64,000 nt of DNA from the human T2T-CHM13v2.0 reference genome, Homo sapiens. The position numbers were made by a program, and so were the translations under genes. The stretch lies in assembly GCF_009914755.1 (NCBI RefSeq), contig NC_060935.1; one strand, given 5' to 3'. Within the stretch, counting starts at the first letter, position 1; each line of letters begins with the position of its first letter. This document shows, one piece after another, positions 16,509 through 29,353 of the stretch. Below the pieces are notes generated by a model that saw only the letters and a list, made by a program, of their open reading frames with translations, was not told the origin of the DNA and did not search any database.

Positions 16509-16527
16509 TGTGTGTGTGTGTGCATAT

Positions 16528-16585
<58 letters not shown>
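16509..16585. repeat. Compound (TG)n(GA)n microsatellite
   Basis: Direct reading of the sequence. Confidence 0.98.
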
Positions 16586-16589
<4 letters not shown>

Positions 16590-16827
16590 GTGCAGGGAGC
16601 AAGGAAACTGGAGAACTGTCTTGAATTTCAGCCACTGGGAGACCAAGGAGTTATGATTTTCCTGGAGCCTTCCCAGACAGCTCTTTCACCATTTGAAGAG
16701 CTCTTCCTCTCTGTGCTGAGGCTCTTGGAGCCTCTATTCTTTTTGTTTGTTTGTTTTGTTTTTTTAACACATTAGAAGAACCAGTTTGTGGAAACTAAAT
16801 GAGCCAGAATTCAAACTTTTGGGTTTC

Positions 16828-17173
16828 TTAAATTGATACATTGTAGTTGTACATATTTTGGGCATATAAGTAATACATGTATACCATGATACATGTGTAA
16901 TGATCAAATCAGGATCATTAGGCTATCCATTACCCAGCCATTTATCTCTTCTTTGTGTTGGGAACATTACAAATTTTTTTTCTAGCTATTTTGAACTATC
17001 CAACAAATTATTGTTAATTAGAACTTTTCTACTGTATTATCAAATATTAGAACTTATTCCTTTGATCTAACTGTATTTGTATTTTTATAACCATTAACCA
17101 ACTTCTCTTTATCTCCTACCTCCCTTCACTTCCCAGCTTCTGGTAATTACTATTTTACTCTCTACCTCCATGA
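16828..17173 (-). mobile_element. L1MA 3' end
   Basis: tgtgtaatgatcaaatcagg...tttgtgttgggaacatt...ctagctattttgaa...ctctctacctccatga. Confidence 0.85.
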
Positions 17174-17199
17174 AAACCTCAAATTCTTTTAAGAATAAT

Positions 17200-17318
17200 A
17201 TTATTTATTTATTTATTTAGAGATAGGGTCTCACTATGTTGCCTAGGCTGGGTTGATCTCCTGGGCCCAAGTGATCCTCCTGCCTCTGCCTCCTAAGTAG
17301 CTGGGATTACTGGTGTTC
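17200..17318 (-). mobile_element. Alu monomer fragment (FLAM-like)
   Basis: (ATTT)n tail followed by gagatagggtctcactatgttgcctaggctgg...gtagctgggattac. Confidence 0.8.
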
Positions 17319-17339
17319 TCACTTGTGACATAGCATTCC

Positions 17340-17650
17340 TGGGATCACTCTGGTGGTGGGTGTGGTGGGTGGATGTCAAGCTGCATGAGAAGAAGCCAAA
17401 GTCAGATAGTCCTGTTAGAAGGATGCTGTACTCACCAAAGTGACCACAAGCTGGGACAAAGGCTATGAAGGGAGGAGTGTGGATTTAAAAGATCTTGAGA
17501 AGGAACTGAATGGATTTGTAAAGTACCTGTGTCTGGAGAGAAATGGAAAAGAAGTTCATGATAAGATCTAGGTTTCTCACTTCAGCAATGGAATATGTTT
17601 TTACTCATGGGAATGGGGCAGATGGAGGCGGAGAGTAGTCGGTCCTGAGA
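17340..17650 (-). mobile_element. L2 fragment
   Basis: gatcactctggtgg...ctgttagaaggatgctgta...ctaggtttctcacttcagcaatgg. Confidence 0.55.
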
Positions 17651-19444
17651 GGAGTCTAGGGGAGGGAGAGAGCCTGACAGCCATTAGGATGCATGTGGAA
17701 GGGGGTTAGGGCAGGGATGGCAGAGAGGGGCGTACGTTCTGATAGTCCCAACCCTTCACAACCAGACCTAGGACAGATATTACTAATCAATTGTACCAAT
17801 CTTTCCCACTGAGCTTGAACCCAGTGTCAGAACATTTTGTAATATAATAAATCCTGGTAGCCATTATCAATTAATGAAATGTACTTCTGAAGATGAAAGG
17901 TGATTGCTTCCTTTTATCGTCCTAGAGATTTAGAAGCAGAGCTTACAGGTAAGAAGGCTGGGCCTTGCTCAGGCCTGCTTGGCAAATTTATTCCCTCCCA
18001 GGCCAGCTTTCCATGCTCACCTCAAGCCTCTGCCTTTTCTCTCACCTCTGAGGCCTCGGGGCAAGTCTTAGCAGCCTTGATCTAAAGGTGAGCATTGCAC
18101 CCCTGTCCTAGATTCTCTACCTGTCCATAGTCTTCATGCAAGCCAAACAGCACCAAGATCCCCCAATTAATGCGTGTCCTCTTGTCCTTCCCCCTTTACA
18201 AAATTATGTGGACACTGGTCCTGGCCCGTCCTGAACTTGAGAGCCCGAATCTTGGGAGGCTGAGTGACAAGCATTACCCGTCAAGGGAGACAATGGCAGT
18301 ATTGACCTGCTGACGGGAAGCAGGCCTGTCCGCGTGCTCCGAGGACAGCTTGCAGACAGGCTTTTCTTCCCACACAATTGCTGGCTGTTTCCCATGTTCC
18401 ACAAGAAAAGGGGCGTACATTCCAGACAAGGAGACTATTTATTTTCCCACCAAAGGTGACACGTGGCATCCAGAGGTCAGGCTCAGGGCAGGGCCATGTT
18501 TGCTGGGCTAAGCTTAGCCTTTTCTCAGAAGCCTGAATTGTTCTGACAACCTCCCAAGCTGTGTCTCTGGGCTGGGAATGTTTCCTCAACTGCTCTGTAC
18601 AAACACCCATACTGGCTACTCCATCTTCTGGGTTTGTTTATAGACCAAAGTCAAAGGCGTGAGCACCCAGGCTCCAGACAGAGCTTTGATGCAAATAGAG
18701 GGGTGAGGGGCAAGGGTGGTACCCTTAGCTTGCTCTTTCTCCACACAGTCTGAGCAAGCAAGGCAGAATTCCTACTATAAAAAGGTCTTCAAATACAATT
18801 TGACCCCTCGAAAAGAAACTGCATGACTGTGACCCTGTCTAGCAAGAAAGAGGAAGTTAGAGTGGCTTTTCTTTCTACTTACCTGTTCCAATGGTACCAA
18901 AATTCTGCAACAGTCCCTCAAATAGCTGGGATTTTTTTTGAGACACCAATAACAATAACGACGAATTTTATCTGAAAAGCACCTTACACTTTAAGAGACA
19001 CTGTTACAAATATTATTTTATTAAATTCTCAGTATAACCCAAGGAAATCAGTATAAATAACATCATGTGTTCAAAGCATGTACTGGGTTGAGCACAGTTC
19101 AGGATGAGAGGGTAAGGGGTATGTGGAGCTGAATGAGAGTCCCTGAGCTGCGGCGGCTCACTGTTATGTGTGTGAATGATGATAAGGAAGGCAGCAAGGC
19201 CTTTTGATCCTGTCTCCAGGCTCTTAGGGCCTCCCAAATTTTGGCTGCCCTCCAGGGGAAAATTTGTTCAGAGGACTAGCATAGCACTTTAGCAAAAATA
19301 TTGATCCTAACCAAAATCCACTAGTCCTAGGTAGTGGCCAAACCTGATAGGTTGCCTCAAAAGCTGCCTATACCTCACTTGAAGGATCTGCTTAGAGTTA
19401 TGCATAAACAGCAACCAGGTTGTATCTCGAGTGGCTGTTCTGGA

Positions 19445-19665
19445 GGGAATCTCAGCTGTGCTACTGTACCAGCTGTGCGACCTCCGGCAAGTTGCTCAAA
19501 CACTTGGGCAAGTGCATGTTGGCTTCTCTATCCCTAAAGTGAGGTTACTATTATTGTTTGTCTCATTTGTTGGTACTGAGGGTTGAATAAATTAATGTAT
19601 GTGATGTGCTTTGAATTGCACCTGTCATATAATGCATGATTACTACATGCTAGTTATTATTATTC
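19445..19665 (+). mobile_element. MIR SINE
   Basis: cagctgtgcgacctccggcaagttgctc...aatgtatgtgatgtgctt...ctagttattattatt. Confidence 0.65.
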
Positions 19666-20018
19666 CAGTGACCACACGTATAGTGGTTAGAAGCAGCAAT
19701 ACAATTTCAAGCACTGGTGAAAAAGTGCAGAGTAGCATTAAGAGAGCCTAACTTAAACCCTTTCATCTTTCCTTTTCTCTCTTCTTCCTCCTTCCCTGCC
19801 ACCTGCCCTTATTCCTCACCTCTTTTCCTTTCTCAGTGGAAGGAGTATGAATAGTAAATGGGAAGAGTTAAGGCAGATTGAGTGACCTTTGGTTGGAACT
19901 AGGGCAGGGTCAGACCCCAGGCTTTGGGAGGAACCAAAAGGCCCAAAACCATACGGGAGCATCCACAAGTCAACACCAGGAAACCAAACATAAAATCTAC
20001 ATGCAAAAGGCAGAGGCA

Positions 20019-20334
20019 GTTGGGTGCAGCTCACACATGTAACCCCAGCTCACACCTGTAACCCTAGCACTTTGGGAGCCCAAGGCGGTCAGGAGTTCGA
20101 GACCAGCCTGGCCAACATGGTGAAACCCCATCTCTACTAAAGATACAAAAATTAGCCAGGTGTGCTGGTGGGTGCCTGTAATCCCAGCTACTAGGGAGGC
20201 TGAGGCAGGAAATTGCTTGAATCTGGGAGGTGGAGGTTGCAGTGAGCCAAGATCGTGCCACTACACTCCAGCCTGGGTGACAGAGTGAGACCCTGTCTTA
20301 AAAAACAAACAAAAAACAAAACAAAACAAAACAA
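20019..20334 (+). mobile_element. AluS with internal 19-bp duplication and ~15-bp deletion
   Basis: Dimer with (CAAAA)n tail; TSD aaaa[g/a]gcagaggca at 20005-20018 and 20335-20348. Confidence 0.93.
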
Positions 20335-20547
20335 AAAAAGCAGAGGCAAGATTGGAATCAAAAGGCTGAATGCAGAGACCAGAGATCACAATGGGGAGAA
20401 TGGAGTCAGAGTGTGAGCAGGGTGGAAACAATTGGGAAAGTCCCCAGGAATTGCCACTAACAGGCCTGGGAGGTTTGGGTAGCTGTGTTGGATGGTCTTA
20501 AAGGGTCAGAGACTGGAAGGGTACAATCACTCACCACTACCACCACC

Positions 20548-20775
20548 AACAATAATGGCCAACATCTATTGAGCACTTACTCTGTTATGGCAGCACGCTA
20601 ATTCCTTTATGTGCATTTCTCATATAATCCTCACACTATACTGAGTGACTGCTATTGTTTTCCTCATTTTAGAAGCTAAAGTTCAGAAAGGCAAGCTTCT
20701 GCTCAAGGTCATAGAGCTGGATGTGATGGAAAATTGGACCCAGGAGTATTTGATGTGGAGCCCATTCTCTATGCT
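20548..20775 (-). mobile_element. MIR SINE
   Basis: aacatctattgagcacttactctg...ctcattttagaagc...tgctcaaggtcatagagctgg. Confidence 0.75.
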
Positions 20776-21174
20776 CTGCCATCATCCTTTACTCAAAAAA
20801 AACAGCAACTAAATGTCTGTAGTGGCCTAGTCTCAGGGTAAAGCATTCTGAAGGTAACACAGATGAGTCAGATGTGGTCCCTGTTCTCCTAGGTAATGAG
20901 GTAGCAGTGAAGGCAGATAGAGAATCAAAGTGTAATTTGTTAAGGACCGTGATTGCTTGGTCCTTACAATAAATATACCTTCTGGTAGAAAGCAATCAAG
21001 GTTTTCCAAAAGCAAAACCAGGAATATGAAAGGAACTTGATCTAACAGGTTCTGAATTCAAGGAGGAGACCAGTAGAGGCAGCCAACTAGCAGGGCTTAT
21101 AGAGAGACACCGGAGAGAGAGAGGATCAGGGACTGGCTGGTGAACCCAGCCCAGGTGAGAGGCAGCCAAGTACA

Positions 21175-21365
21175 GCAGAAAGTGCTTTGGAACCCAAGGG
21201 ATCTGCTGCTCCCTAGCCCTGGGGACTTATACAAGCAAGTCTCTTAACTTATGTAAAATGGGGATGCTGGTACCTATCTTGGAGGTTGGCAGTAAGGATT
21301 AATTGAAGTAAATTATATACAGAGCCTATTACAGTGCCTGACATTGTAGAAAATACTAGTAAGTG
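21175..21365 (+). mobile_element. MIR SINE
   Basis: atgtaaaatggggatgctggtacctatctt...acagtgcctgacattgtag. Confidence 0.65.
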
Positions 21366-24300
21366 ATGAATCGATGGAGCGAGATGAGAGGGAGGAAGAA
21401 GATGGAGAAGAGAAGAAGAAAGAGAGGACCACTTCTAAGCAGCCCCTGGAAGCAAAGCTTGCAGCTTTAAAACAGCCATGTTATCCACAGTGGTGAAGCA
21501 ATGTAGCTTCCTGGTCTCCAAATCCATGCAAAGCTATAGAGCAAGATAATCAAACTTATGAGTTCTCAGAAACACATTGAAGGATACCCCAGTTCTCTCG
21601 TGTTGGCAAATTTTACTTGTACACTTAAATGTGAGTGTGAAACTGAAGTGCACATGCTTTTTTAAGGAAAAGGGACTATCCTAGAAGCCAGAGAATGTGT
21701 GTCAGGGAGAGGGAGAACAGCACAGAGTATAAGGGTTTGGCTGTTAACTGGAAACGCTTCACTCAATAAGCAGTAATGGAGCACCTGCTGGTGTGTACCT
21801 AAACCTTGAAGGGAAGTCTGAGCCCTAACCCAAGGAGAGGACAAAGCATCAGGCCCCATGACAACAGGCCTATGAGGAGGAGGTGAAGAAAGGTGCACTC
21901 TGAGGAAAAGGAGGAAATGTGTGCTGCTCAGGGAGCAGAATTTGCAGAGCTCGAAGGCTAATTGGGAGTGGGGATGAGGGACGTTGTTACCTGGGCTTCC
22001 GGCGGCAGTTCTGCCAGGAACAGAGCTCTACTGAAGGGTCTGGGGATTCCAACAACACAGAACGCTGCCAGGTAGAGTTCACTGAGTGTCTGTTCCATCA
22101 GCCGATGGGAGCAAAGTTAAATCCATGCTGGCTCAGCCCCAAAGACAGAAGCAGAGAAGTTGGTTGTGCATTCTTGCCATGTCTCTCTCCAGCCCTCTCT
22201 CCTTTGGCACCTCTGGCATGTTTATCCTGGGTGGACCTTCTCTGTCCCATTTTCTTAACCCAACCAAACATAGAGCTGTCCTCCTTTGCTTGTCTTCGAT
22301 CTGAGTCTATAAACTTGCAGGCCTGGGTCGGTTCTCTGGCTGGATTTCTTGGAACCTCCTTTCTGCTCTATTTTGTTTCAGGCCTTTTCAGGCTGGTGCC
22401 AGTAACAGCTCCTCTCCCACCCCCTAATAGCCACAGATACCTAATTTTAAAAATTTCTTGCAGGTTTAACTTCCTTCTAGTGCTCTCAGCTTCAGACCTT
22501 CTCGTTCTGGTTGGTAATTTAATGCGGATGTCAGCTACCTGAGTATCCCCAGTCCTCCAAGCTACAAGGGCATTTTCTTCCTTTAATAAATATAGAAAAA
22601 TGACTCAAACTCCAGCCCAGGTACGGGGAGGAACACAGCATCCTCCTGGTACCTCCTTCTCCTCTGACACCTCCTTGATCCATTTCATGCATAACCCCAA
22701 TTTTCTTTATTTCTCTCTAGTTTACTACAAACACAAGGCCTCTTACAGAGTAGACATTCCTGAGGCTTTGGGGTAACAGGTAGATTTAGCATACCACATT
22801 AGAGATTACAACCTACAACCATCTCTTACTTGTTGGTGTCTCGATAGCTAATGGGCATTTTCTGCCCTGGGAAATCTCTCACTGGCCGGGCCCCTCATTA
22901 GGCCTTGCTGTTATCTTTGATGTCAGCCTTGAGGGTCTTCTCCCCTCCCAAGCTGCCAACTTCCCAACCTTACCACCAAAATCCTATTAACTTCATAAAA
23001 AAAACACCTCACCTACCCACCCTCTACCCACAACCCTAAACTACTTTGCATATTCAAAGTTTATTAAGGGGCTCTACTGAAATCTGCCATCTCAGGAACT
23101 TCCTCCAAGGCACCCAATGAAGCTCTGAAAGAACAGTTTTCCCTCTAACATGACAGACTCATTAGAAAGAGCTCCCTCCTTTGTTCGAAGACTCCCCCTT
23201 CCCCAGGGTGTAGGATTTTTGTGTCTTTCTTTCTCCATCTAGTTTCCCAGCTTCCCTCTCATTACCTTGCTGGATTCTTTTGCACTGCTTAGTCTCTGGG
23301 TTGACCATTAGGCTGCCTGGATTTGATTTCATTTTCTTGCCTCACTGCCCTTGACCACACACGCTGCTGCCTAGGCCAGACCCCACACTCCAGCTGGGCC
23401 CTATGTCACACACTTGCCCCCTGGAGGGGGTCCGTGACATTTCCTTGGAAGTCCCCAGTAATCTACTCACCCCATTTCAGGCAGCTAGGCCATTTGTTCA
23501 GTGAGTAATCATGTCTCATCCTGTGCACAGGGCCTGGAGCCACAGAACCTGGGACTACCCTCTAATGTTAGGATGTCAACATTAATGGGACACAGGGAGG
23601 ACCAGGAAATCCATAATGGGGCAGGTGGAATGGAGGGGATCTTGGCTTGGGGACTGGCTGCTTGAAGGTGACATTACCAGGAATATGAGAAAAGCAGGTT
23701 GGAAAGTTCCCTTTCATGCTTGTTAAGGCTGAGGGACCTATGGGGCAACCCAGGGCAAAAGGCCTTCAGGTAAGCAGCTGGGAAAATGGGTCTGCAGCCC
23801 ATGAGAAGATGGGGAGGGGGAGGGGAGCCAAGGGCACAGAAAGTAATGTGAGGGCCAGAAAGGCTGTGTACTGGATGGCTTGGCTGTACCCAAGCTCTTG
23901 GGGACCAGCAAAGCCTTGAGAGTGCAGATCTCTCCCCAACAGGGGCCCAGCTGCGTCCTGCACCCCGCACCACAGTCACAGCAGCCCTTACACTTAGCCG
24001 GTGCAGGCAGGCAGATAATGCGCTCTGGTGTTCAAGGACAATCAGATTCAGCAAAGCGTGAAATCAGTTTTTTCCAACGAACTCACTGTGGGCCAAAGGA
24101 ACAGTTTCTATCTTCAGAGAGAGGAGAAACCTGTCATTCCCTGAAGGAATTTACCTGTTTCAGTGGAAGCGGATGTTCTTTCAAAGAGCAGGGGGCATCT
24201 GTGCCTAACCAGGGACCACCCATGGGCTCATTTGGTGGAACAGACCACAAGGGCTAGGCTGACTTTCCTCTCTGCCTCGTGTCCAAGGGCTTGGGATAAT

Positions 24301-24369
24301 GGTGGCTGCATCAGGAAAGCAGATGTTACATATCAGCAGCCCAGCGTCACTGCAAGCCAAGAAATAGGT

Positions 24370-25095
24370 TTCATTTGTTTGTTCATTCACTCGTGTTTAT
24401 TAAGCACTTTCTATGCATCAGGTTCTGGGCCCCATTGTTCCATAAAAGAGACAGAAAAATCCAGTCTCATATTAGGTATGCAGACTGTGGACTCAGACCA
24501 CTTGGATTCAAGTCCCGGTTCTAGCACTTACACTATGCTGACCTTGAACAACTTGCCTCCCTTTTTTGTGCCTTGATTTCCTTATTTATAAAATGGGAAT
24601 GTGAAAGTTCCATCTACATCATGAGAGTATGGTAAAAACTGTTGCAATACATGTAAAAGCTCTTAAAATGATGCTTTGCACATTGAAATGCTCTGTAAAT
24701 GCTAATATAGAAAAAGAAAACCATTCATTTTTTGTGATACATGCAGTGTTGAAGGAATGATGTACCAGTTTCTCTGAGAGCACTGAAAAAGGAGTATTTT
24801 GTGAGACACTGGTATCTGCATCGAGTCTTGAAGAATGATCAGGAAAGTGTACAGTGAGTTTGCTGGAACTGGAAATGGCCCCTCATGGCTGGAGCCAAGT
24901 TCACTCAGGGAAGATCAAGGAGTGAGGGAGGAAAGGTTGACAGGGGAAGATCCCAGGATCCCAAGATCACAGAGGGCCTTGAATGTCGCACCAAGACACT
25001 TGGGGTTAATATTAGGTTAAACATTGTAAAGACTCTTCTGGAAGGGTTTCTGGGCACTGAAATGCCATGCCATTATTCATTTGCCTTGGAAATAT
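24370..25095 (-). mobile_element. L2 3' region interrupted by a + strand MIR (~24475-24710)
   Basis: ttcattcactcgtgtttattaagcactttctatgc (L2 end); actcagaccacttggattcaagtcccggttctagcacttac...tataaaatggga (MIR); L2 resumes at ~24720. Confidence 0.7.
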
Positions 25096-25599
25096 TCTCT
25101 AGTCAGGAAGGTGGAATTATAGTTTGTTTATTTTTAACAAAATTGATTTTTTTAACTGCCCGTCTGTTTGCCAATAAACCGTTGTGCCACTGAGGCTGCT
25201 TCATAAGCTGGTGACTGTGCTAGCTGGAGTGTAATAATTGTTTTTCCTCATGGACTGACTGAAGCATTGGTCTGTGAGGCAGGAGTTCAAGTTCAAATTA
25301 GATGGCATTTGTTCCTTATTTAGGTCCACCTGTTATGAATATTTACCAAGCTGGAAAAAAAAACAGTGAATAAGTGGATGATTTGGGAAGGCCTTAGGTT
25401 GAATGGAACAGCCTCCTGGGAAGAAAGAGTGGGGCTGTATATGTATCTCTCATAAGAGGGTCTCTCCAGGTCTAGAGCATGTCTTGAAGGAGCATTTCTA
25501 AGTGTCCTTATCAGGATCTTTTCCATTTTCATCTGCCAGTGACCTTTCCCCCTTGCCTAGGGGGTGGGTCCCCGAAACAATGTAATTTGGGGAGTCACA

Positions 25600-25770
25600 T
25601 GCAGTACATTAGGAAGTACATGGGCTTTGGTGAAAAAGGACTTGGTCTTGGTGCCAACTCTGAGCCTTTATTCCCTTGGTCATAAAGCAGGTATCAGGAT
25701 GCTGCTTACCTCATGGGGTGGCTGAGAGCTTGAGACCATGTGACAGTTCTGAGAGCACAGTCAACTGTGG
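25600..25770 (+). mobile_element. MIR fragment
   Basis: catgggctttgg...cttacctcatggggtggctgagag. Confidence 0.5.
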
Positions 25771-26299
25771 CACCTTCTGAGTGCACTCACAGAGCCACGC
25801 CCACAGAATTCATGCTTGCACAAAATGTCAGCACAACACCAGGGGAAAATGCTACATTGGACCCGTGAGACAATGCTGCTATTACAGTTAAGAGATTGGG
25901 TCTGAACGTGATCCAGTGCAGTGGGGAGGGGAGAGAGGTGGTGCTTCCTCTGCTTTATGCATATAAAGTGTTCTTCTTGGTTCCTAGCAGACAGTGAATA
26001 CCCCGTAAGTGGCAGGCACTGGTGGGGCAGCAGGCGTTGGAGAGTGGAGCAGGGTGGTGATGGGGAGCTCATAAAGAAATGGAAGGGAGGGACTTGAGAA
26101 AAAGACAGAAGGCTCAAAAGCACAAGGAGAATGTTAAGGGGACCAGAAGGAGCAAGAGAAGGACTCATATAGTATAGGAGTGCAGAGAAAGTGGGAGGCG
26201 AGTAGAGAGTAAAAATAGAGTCAAACAAGCACAACGGGAGAGTGGGCCGCTGCCTTGTAACATGGGGCAGGTGCCACTGGAAAACTGGCTGGTGGCAGT

Positions 26300-26470
26300 C
26301 ACTGTGTTCAAGTTGTGTCAGCTCCCTGAGCCTCAGTTTCCTCATGGGTAACACAGTTGGGAAGTGTGGCAGGGAGAGGCATTGGTGCAATGCCTGGGGA
26401 GCAGCATCTAGTCCCTCGTCACAAATAATGTGGCCTGATGTTCTGGCATCATGCTTGGCATACAGGAGGC
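26300..26470 (+). mobile_element. MIR fragment
   Basis: ccctgagcctcagtttcctcatgggtaa...tgcttggcatacaggagg. Confidence 0.55.
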
Positions 26471-26484
26471 CATACTATTGATGG

Positions 26485-26592
26485 TTCAAATTGGCTCACT
26501 TTGTGGAGTGAAAGACAGAGCTGTTCATAATCACGCCAGGACAACAGGGCAAATCGGGACTCTCCGGGGCTCACTGCTTCGTGTGACCTCCA
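26485..26592. mobile_element. MER81-like hAT DNA transposon
   Basis: ataatcacgccaggacaacagggcaaatcgggactctccgggg resembles the recalled MER81 core. Confidence 0.55.
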
Positions 26593-26765
26593 CACATAGT
26601 AAGCTCTTAAAGACACAGTTGCAATCCCTAGGATTCATTAATGGGAATCACATAGTTAAGAGAAGGCACTCACCTAATTCATTATTCTTCTGAAAAGAAG
26701 GTAGGTTTTGTAGAAACAAATGCCTGATACCTATAAATAGACTGTGTCAATTAATGGTCAGGATG

Positions 26766-26843
26766 CAGTGTTGCCAAATGAAATGCAAGTTTAGTTAAGT
26801 TTGAATTTCAGATCAACGATGAATCATTTTTAAGGTAAGTATG
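26766..26843. mobile_element. MER33/MER53-like DNA transposon fragment
   Basis: agttaagtttgaatttcagatcaacgatgaatcattttt. Confidence 0.55.
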
Positions 26844-27334
26844 CAGTAGACATAGTTACCTCCCTTTCTGTCTCCCCGTCTGATTCTTTCTCTTCTCACT
26901 GCCGAATGCCTTCCTCTGCTTAGTCACAGATTCGATATGGTCAGAATGTTGGCTCATGCCTGCTCAGCATGGTTTCTAAGGACCTGAATCTACCTTCAGG
27001 ATTACAATTTCAAATACCTATTACCAAATGCCTCAGTATTTTAAAGTTCATGGTTTAATTTTTAAACAATTTTATTGAGGTATAAAATGCACATGCCATA
27101 AGATTCACCCACTTCCTAGTTTAAATTTTGCTAAAAGCTCTATCTAGGCTAGCTTATGAGTCAGCATCTTGGTCAGGTGCTATCCCTGTGTCAGGTACCT
27201 ACCCCTGGTACAATAGCTACGACCCGAGGACAGATCATGACTATCCTTGGGCAAGCGCTGAAGGTTACGTAGCTTCACTTAGATAGAAATATGGACCCTC
27301 AGACACTGAGATTAACATCTCTAATGGCAGGATC

Positions 27335-27695
27335 TAAGAGGAGATGACATTTGATATGGGTTTTGCAGGATGAATTAGTATTAATCAGCAATTTAAAAAG
27401 GGAAACAAGACATTCTAGCCAAGGCACATCCTGTGCAAAAGCAAAGGTGCATGAAACAGGAATGGGCAAGCAATGGGGAGTGGTTTAGAAGGTCTGGAGC
27501 ACAGGGTCCTAGATGGGAAGACAGGGTAATGTAGGTGAATGTCGACTTCCAGGTTTCCAGCTTGGCTGCTTGGGTAGATAGAAGTGTCATTGAGTGAGAT
27601 TGTACTTCCAGAAGAAGTACAAGTTTGGGAGGGAAGATGGGGCCTGTAGAGCAATCCAGAGAGAGAAAGTCTAGTAGGTAGTTGGATACATAATG
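27335..27695 (-). mobile_element. L2 fragment
   Basis: gagatgacatttgatatgggttttgcaggatga...caggtttccagcttggctgcttgggtagat. Confidence 0.7.
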
Positions 27696-28428
27696 AGGAA
27701 CCTATAATAATCTTCACCAAAACTTGTTCTGAAGTTCACCAATAATCTAGCCCTTGGAGAGCCTTGATGCTGAGCTGTCAGACAATGCAGCAGGAAATGA
27801 GTCCATTCCTCCAGGGTTACCTGCTCAAACCTTCCTGAAGGTGAGCCCTGCCAAATTCTGCATTGTTGATTCAGCCCAAACTCAAGTGCCTGTGTACCTT
27901 AGAAGGAAGTAGAGAGTGGCAGAAACCTGGAATGCTATATGTGGAATCTGTGCTTAGCCCGCAAGTTTAGATATTAAATGTTGAAAAGAAAAATAGAACC
28001 TGCCATAAATTCTCATTACACACACTATTGCCTTAATAGTAGAAGTACAAATAGGCCCCTAAAGAATTTTCTGTTATAGAGTCCATATTTAGTTTTAGCT
28101 TGTGATTTATTAATTTGCTCATTTTTCATGGTTGCTTATGGTAAACTTTTTAGAACGTATAAATACTTGTTTTAAAAGGAAAGAAAAGAAAAATCACCAT
28201 AAATCCCCTGCCTAAAGATGACCACTATGAACAGTTTTAAGTATATACTTCAAGTTTTTTTCTTTTGCAAAATTAAATGTTAATTTCTATCTATGTATAC
28301 ATACAGTTGCACATCAAGTAGTGCAAAGATTTTCTAATAAGAGCACCTGGTCTCCATGTCACCTCCTCATGCTATTCTACTTTCCAGAGAGAACATATTT
28401 CAGTGGATTTTGTTTCTCATGGTGGTAT

Positions 28429-28637
28429 CTGTGCTGTCCAATATGCTGCTTTCTAGCCACATGTGGTTCTTTAAATTAAAATTAATTACAATTAAATAAA
28501 ACTTAAAATTCAATTTCTCATTTTCACTGGCTGCGTTGAAGTACTCAATAGCTTCATGTGGCTAGAAGCTAATGTGTTAGACAAAGCAGATATAGAACAT
28601 TTCTATCATCACAGAACATTCTATTAAACATCACTGC
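28429..28637. mobile_element. MER3 hAT-Charlie DNA transposon
   Basis: ctgtgctgtccaata...ctagccacatgtgg...atgtggctag...agaacattctattaaacatcactg. Confidence 0.8.
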
Positions 28638-29353
28638 TTTAGCTAAAAAGATGCTTTTATCTTTATTTATTTATCTTTAGGTAGTATCAGTTGCCTTCGT
28701 TCTGTTCCTATTCAGATATATCTTTTAAAACTTTTAGAAAAATTAAAATATAACATACATAGAGAAAAGCATATTTGTCACATATATAAATCTTAATAAC
28801 TTATTACAAAGTAAATAATCCATGTGACTGTCTCCAGAGAAATAAATGGAACATTACCAGGAACCCAAACTCCCTCTTATTCCTAACCCTTCTCCAATAT
28901 CTCATCTTCTATCAACATGGATTAATTTTGCCTGTTTGCAGTCTTTCATAGCTGGCTTCTTTCATGTAAATTATGTATGTGGGATTCCTCCATATTTTTG
29001 TGTGAAGGAGAGTATATTTACTGAAATAATATTACCAGTTGTAATGTAATTCTTGTAATTTAAGAATACTAATATTTCTGTATGAATACTAATGTAAGAA
29101 TACTAATATTTGTTTATTCCACTAATTAGACATTCGAGCTGTTTCCAGTTTGAAGCTGTTATGAATAATGTAGCTGTGAACATTCTTGTACATGTATTTT
29201 GATACATGTGAGTACACATTTCTGTGGGGTGTGAAGCTAGGCGTGGAACTGCAGGGCCACAAGTCCGACTATGCTTAGCTTTCGTGGAGCTTCCATTGTA
29301 TCATTTCACACTCAGCAGCATCTGACAGTATCAGCAGTTGTTCTACAGCTGTC

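Noticed and set aside
18876-18890. Perfect minus-strand donor CAG/GTAAGT
   Set aside because: No convincing partner acceptor or reading frame; expected by chance at this scale
21919-22542. 207-aa ORF on the + strand
   Set aside because: GTG start, no recognisable domain, Leu/Ser/Cys-rich composition typical of chance ORFs in non-coding DNA
25761-26390. 209-aa ORF on the - strand
   Set aside because: Non-ATG start, begins in a MIR, and is the low-complexity antisense of a purine-rich tract
29061-29111. Triple short repeat (taagaatactaatattt); also a 10-bp duplication at 37053-37072 and a 16-bp repeat at ~52960-53000
   Set aside because: Ordinary slippage within dead L1s; no repeat-spacer periodicity, so not CRISPR-like
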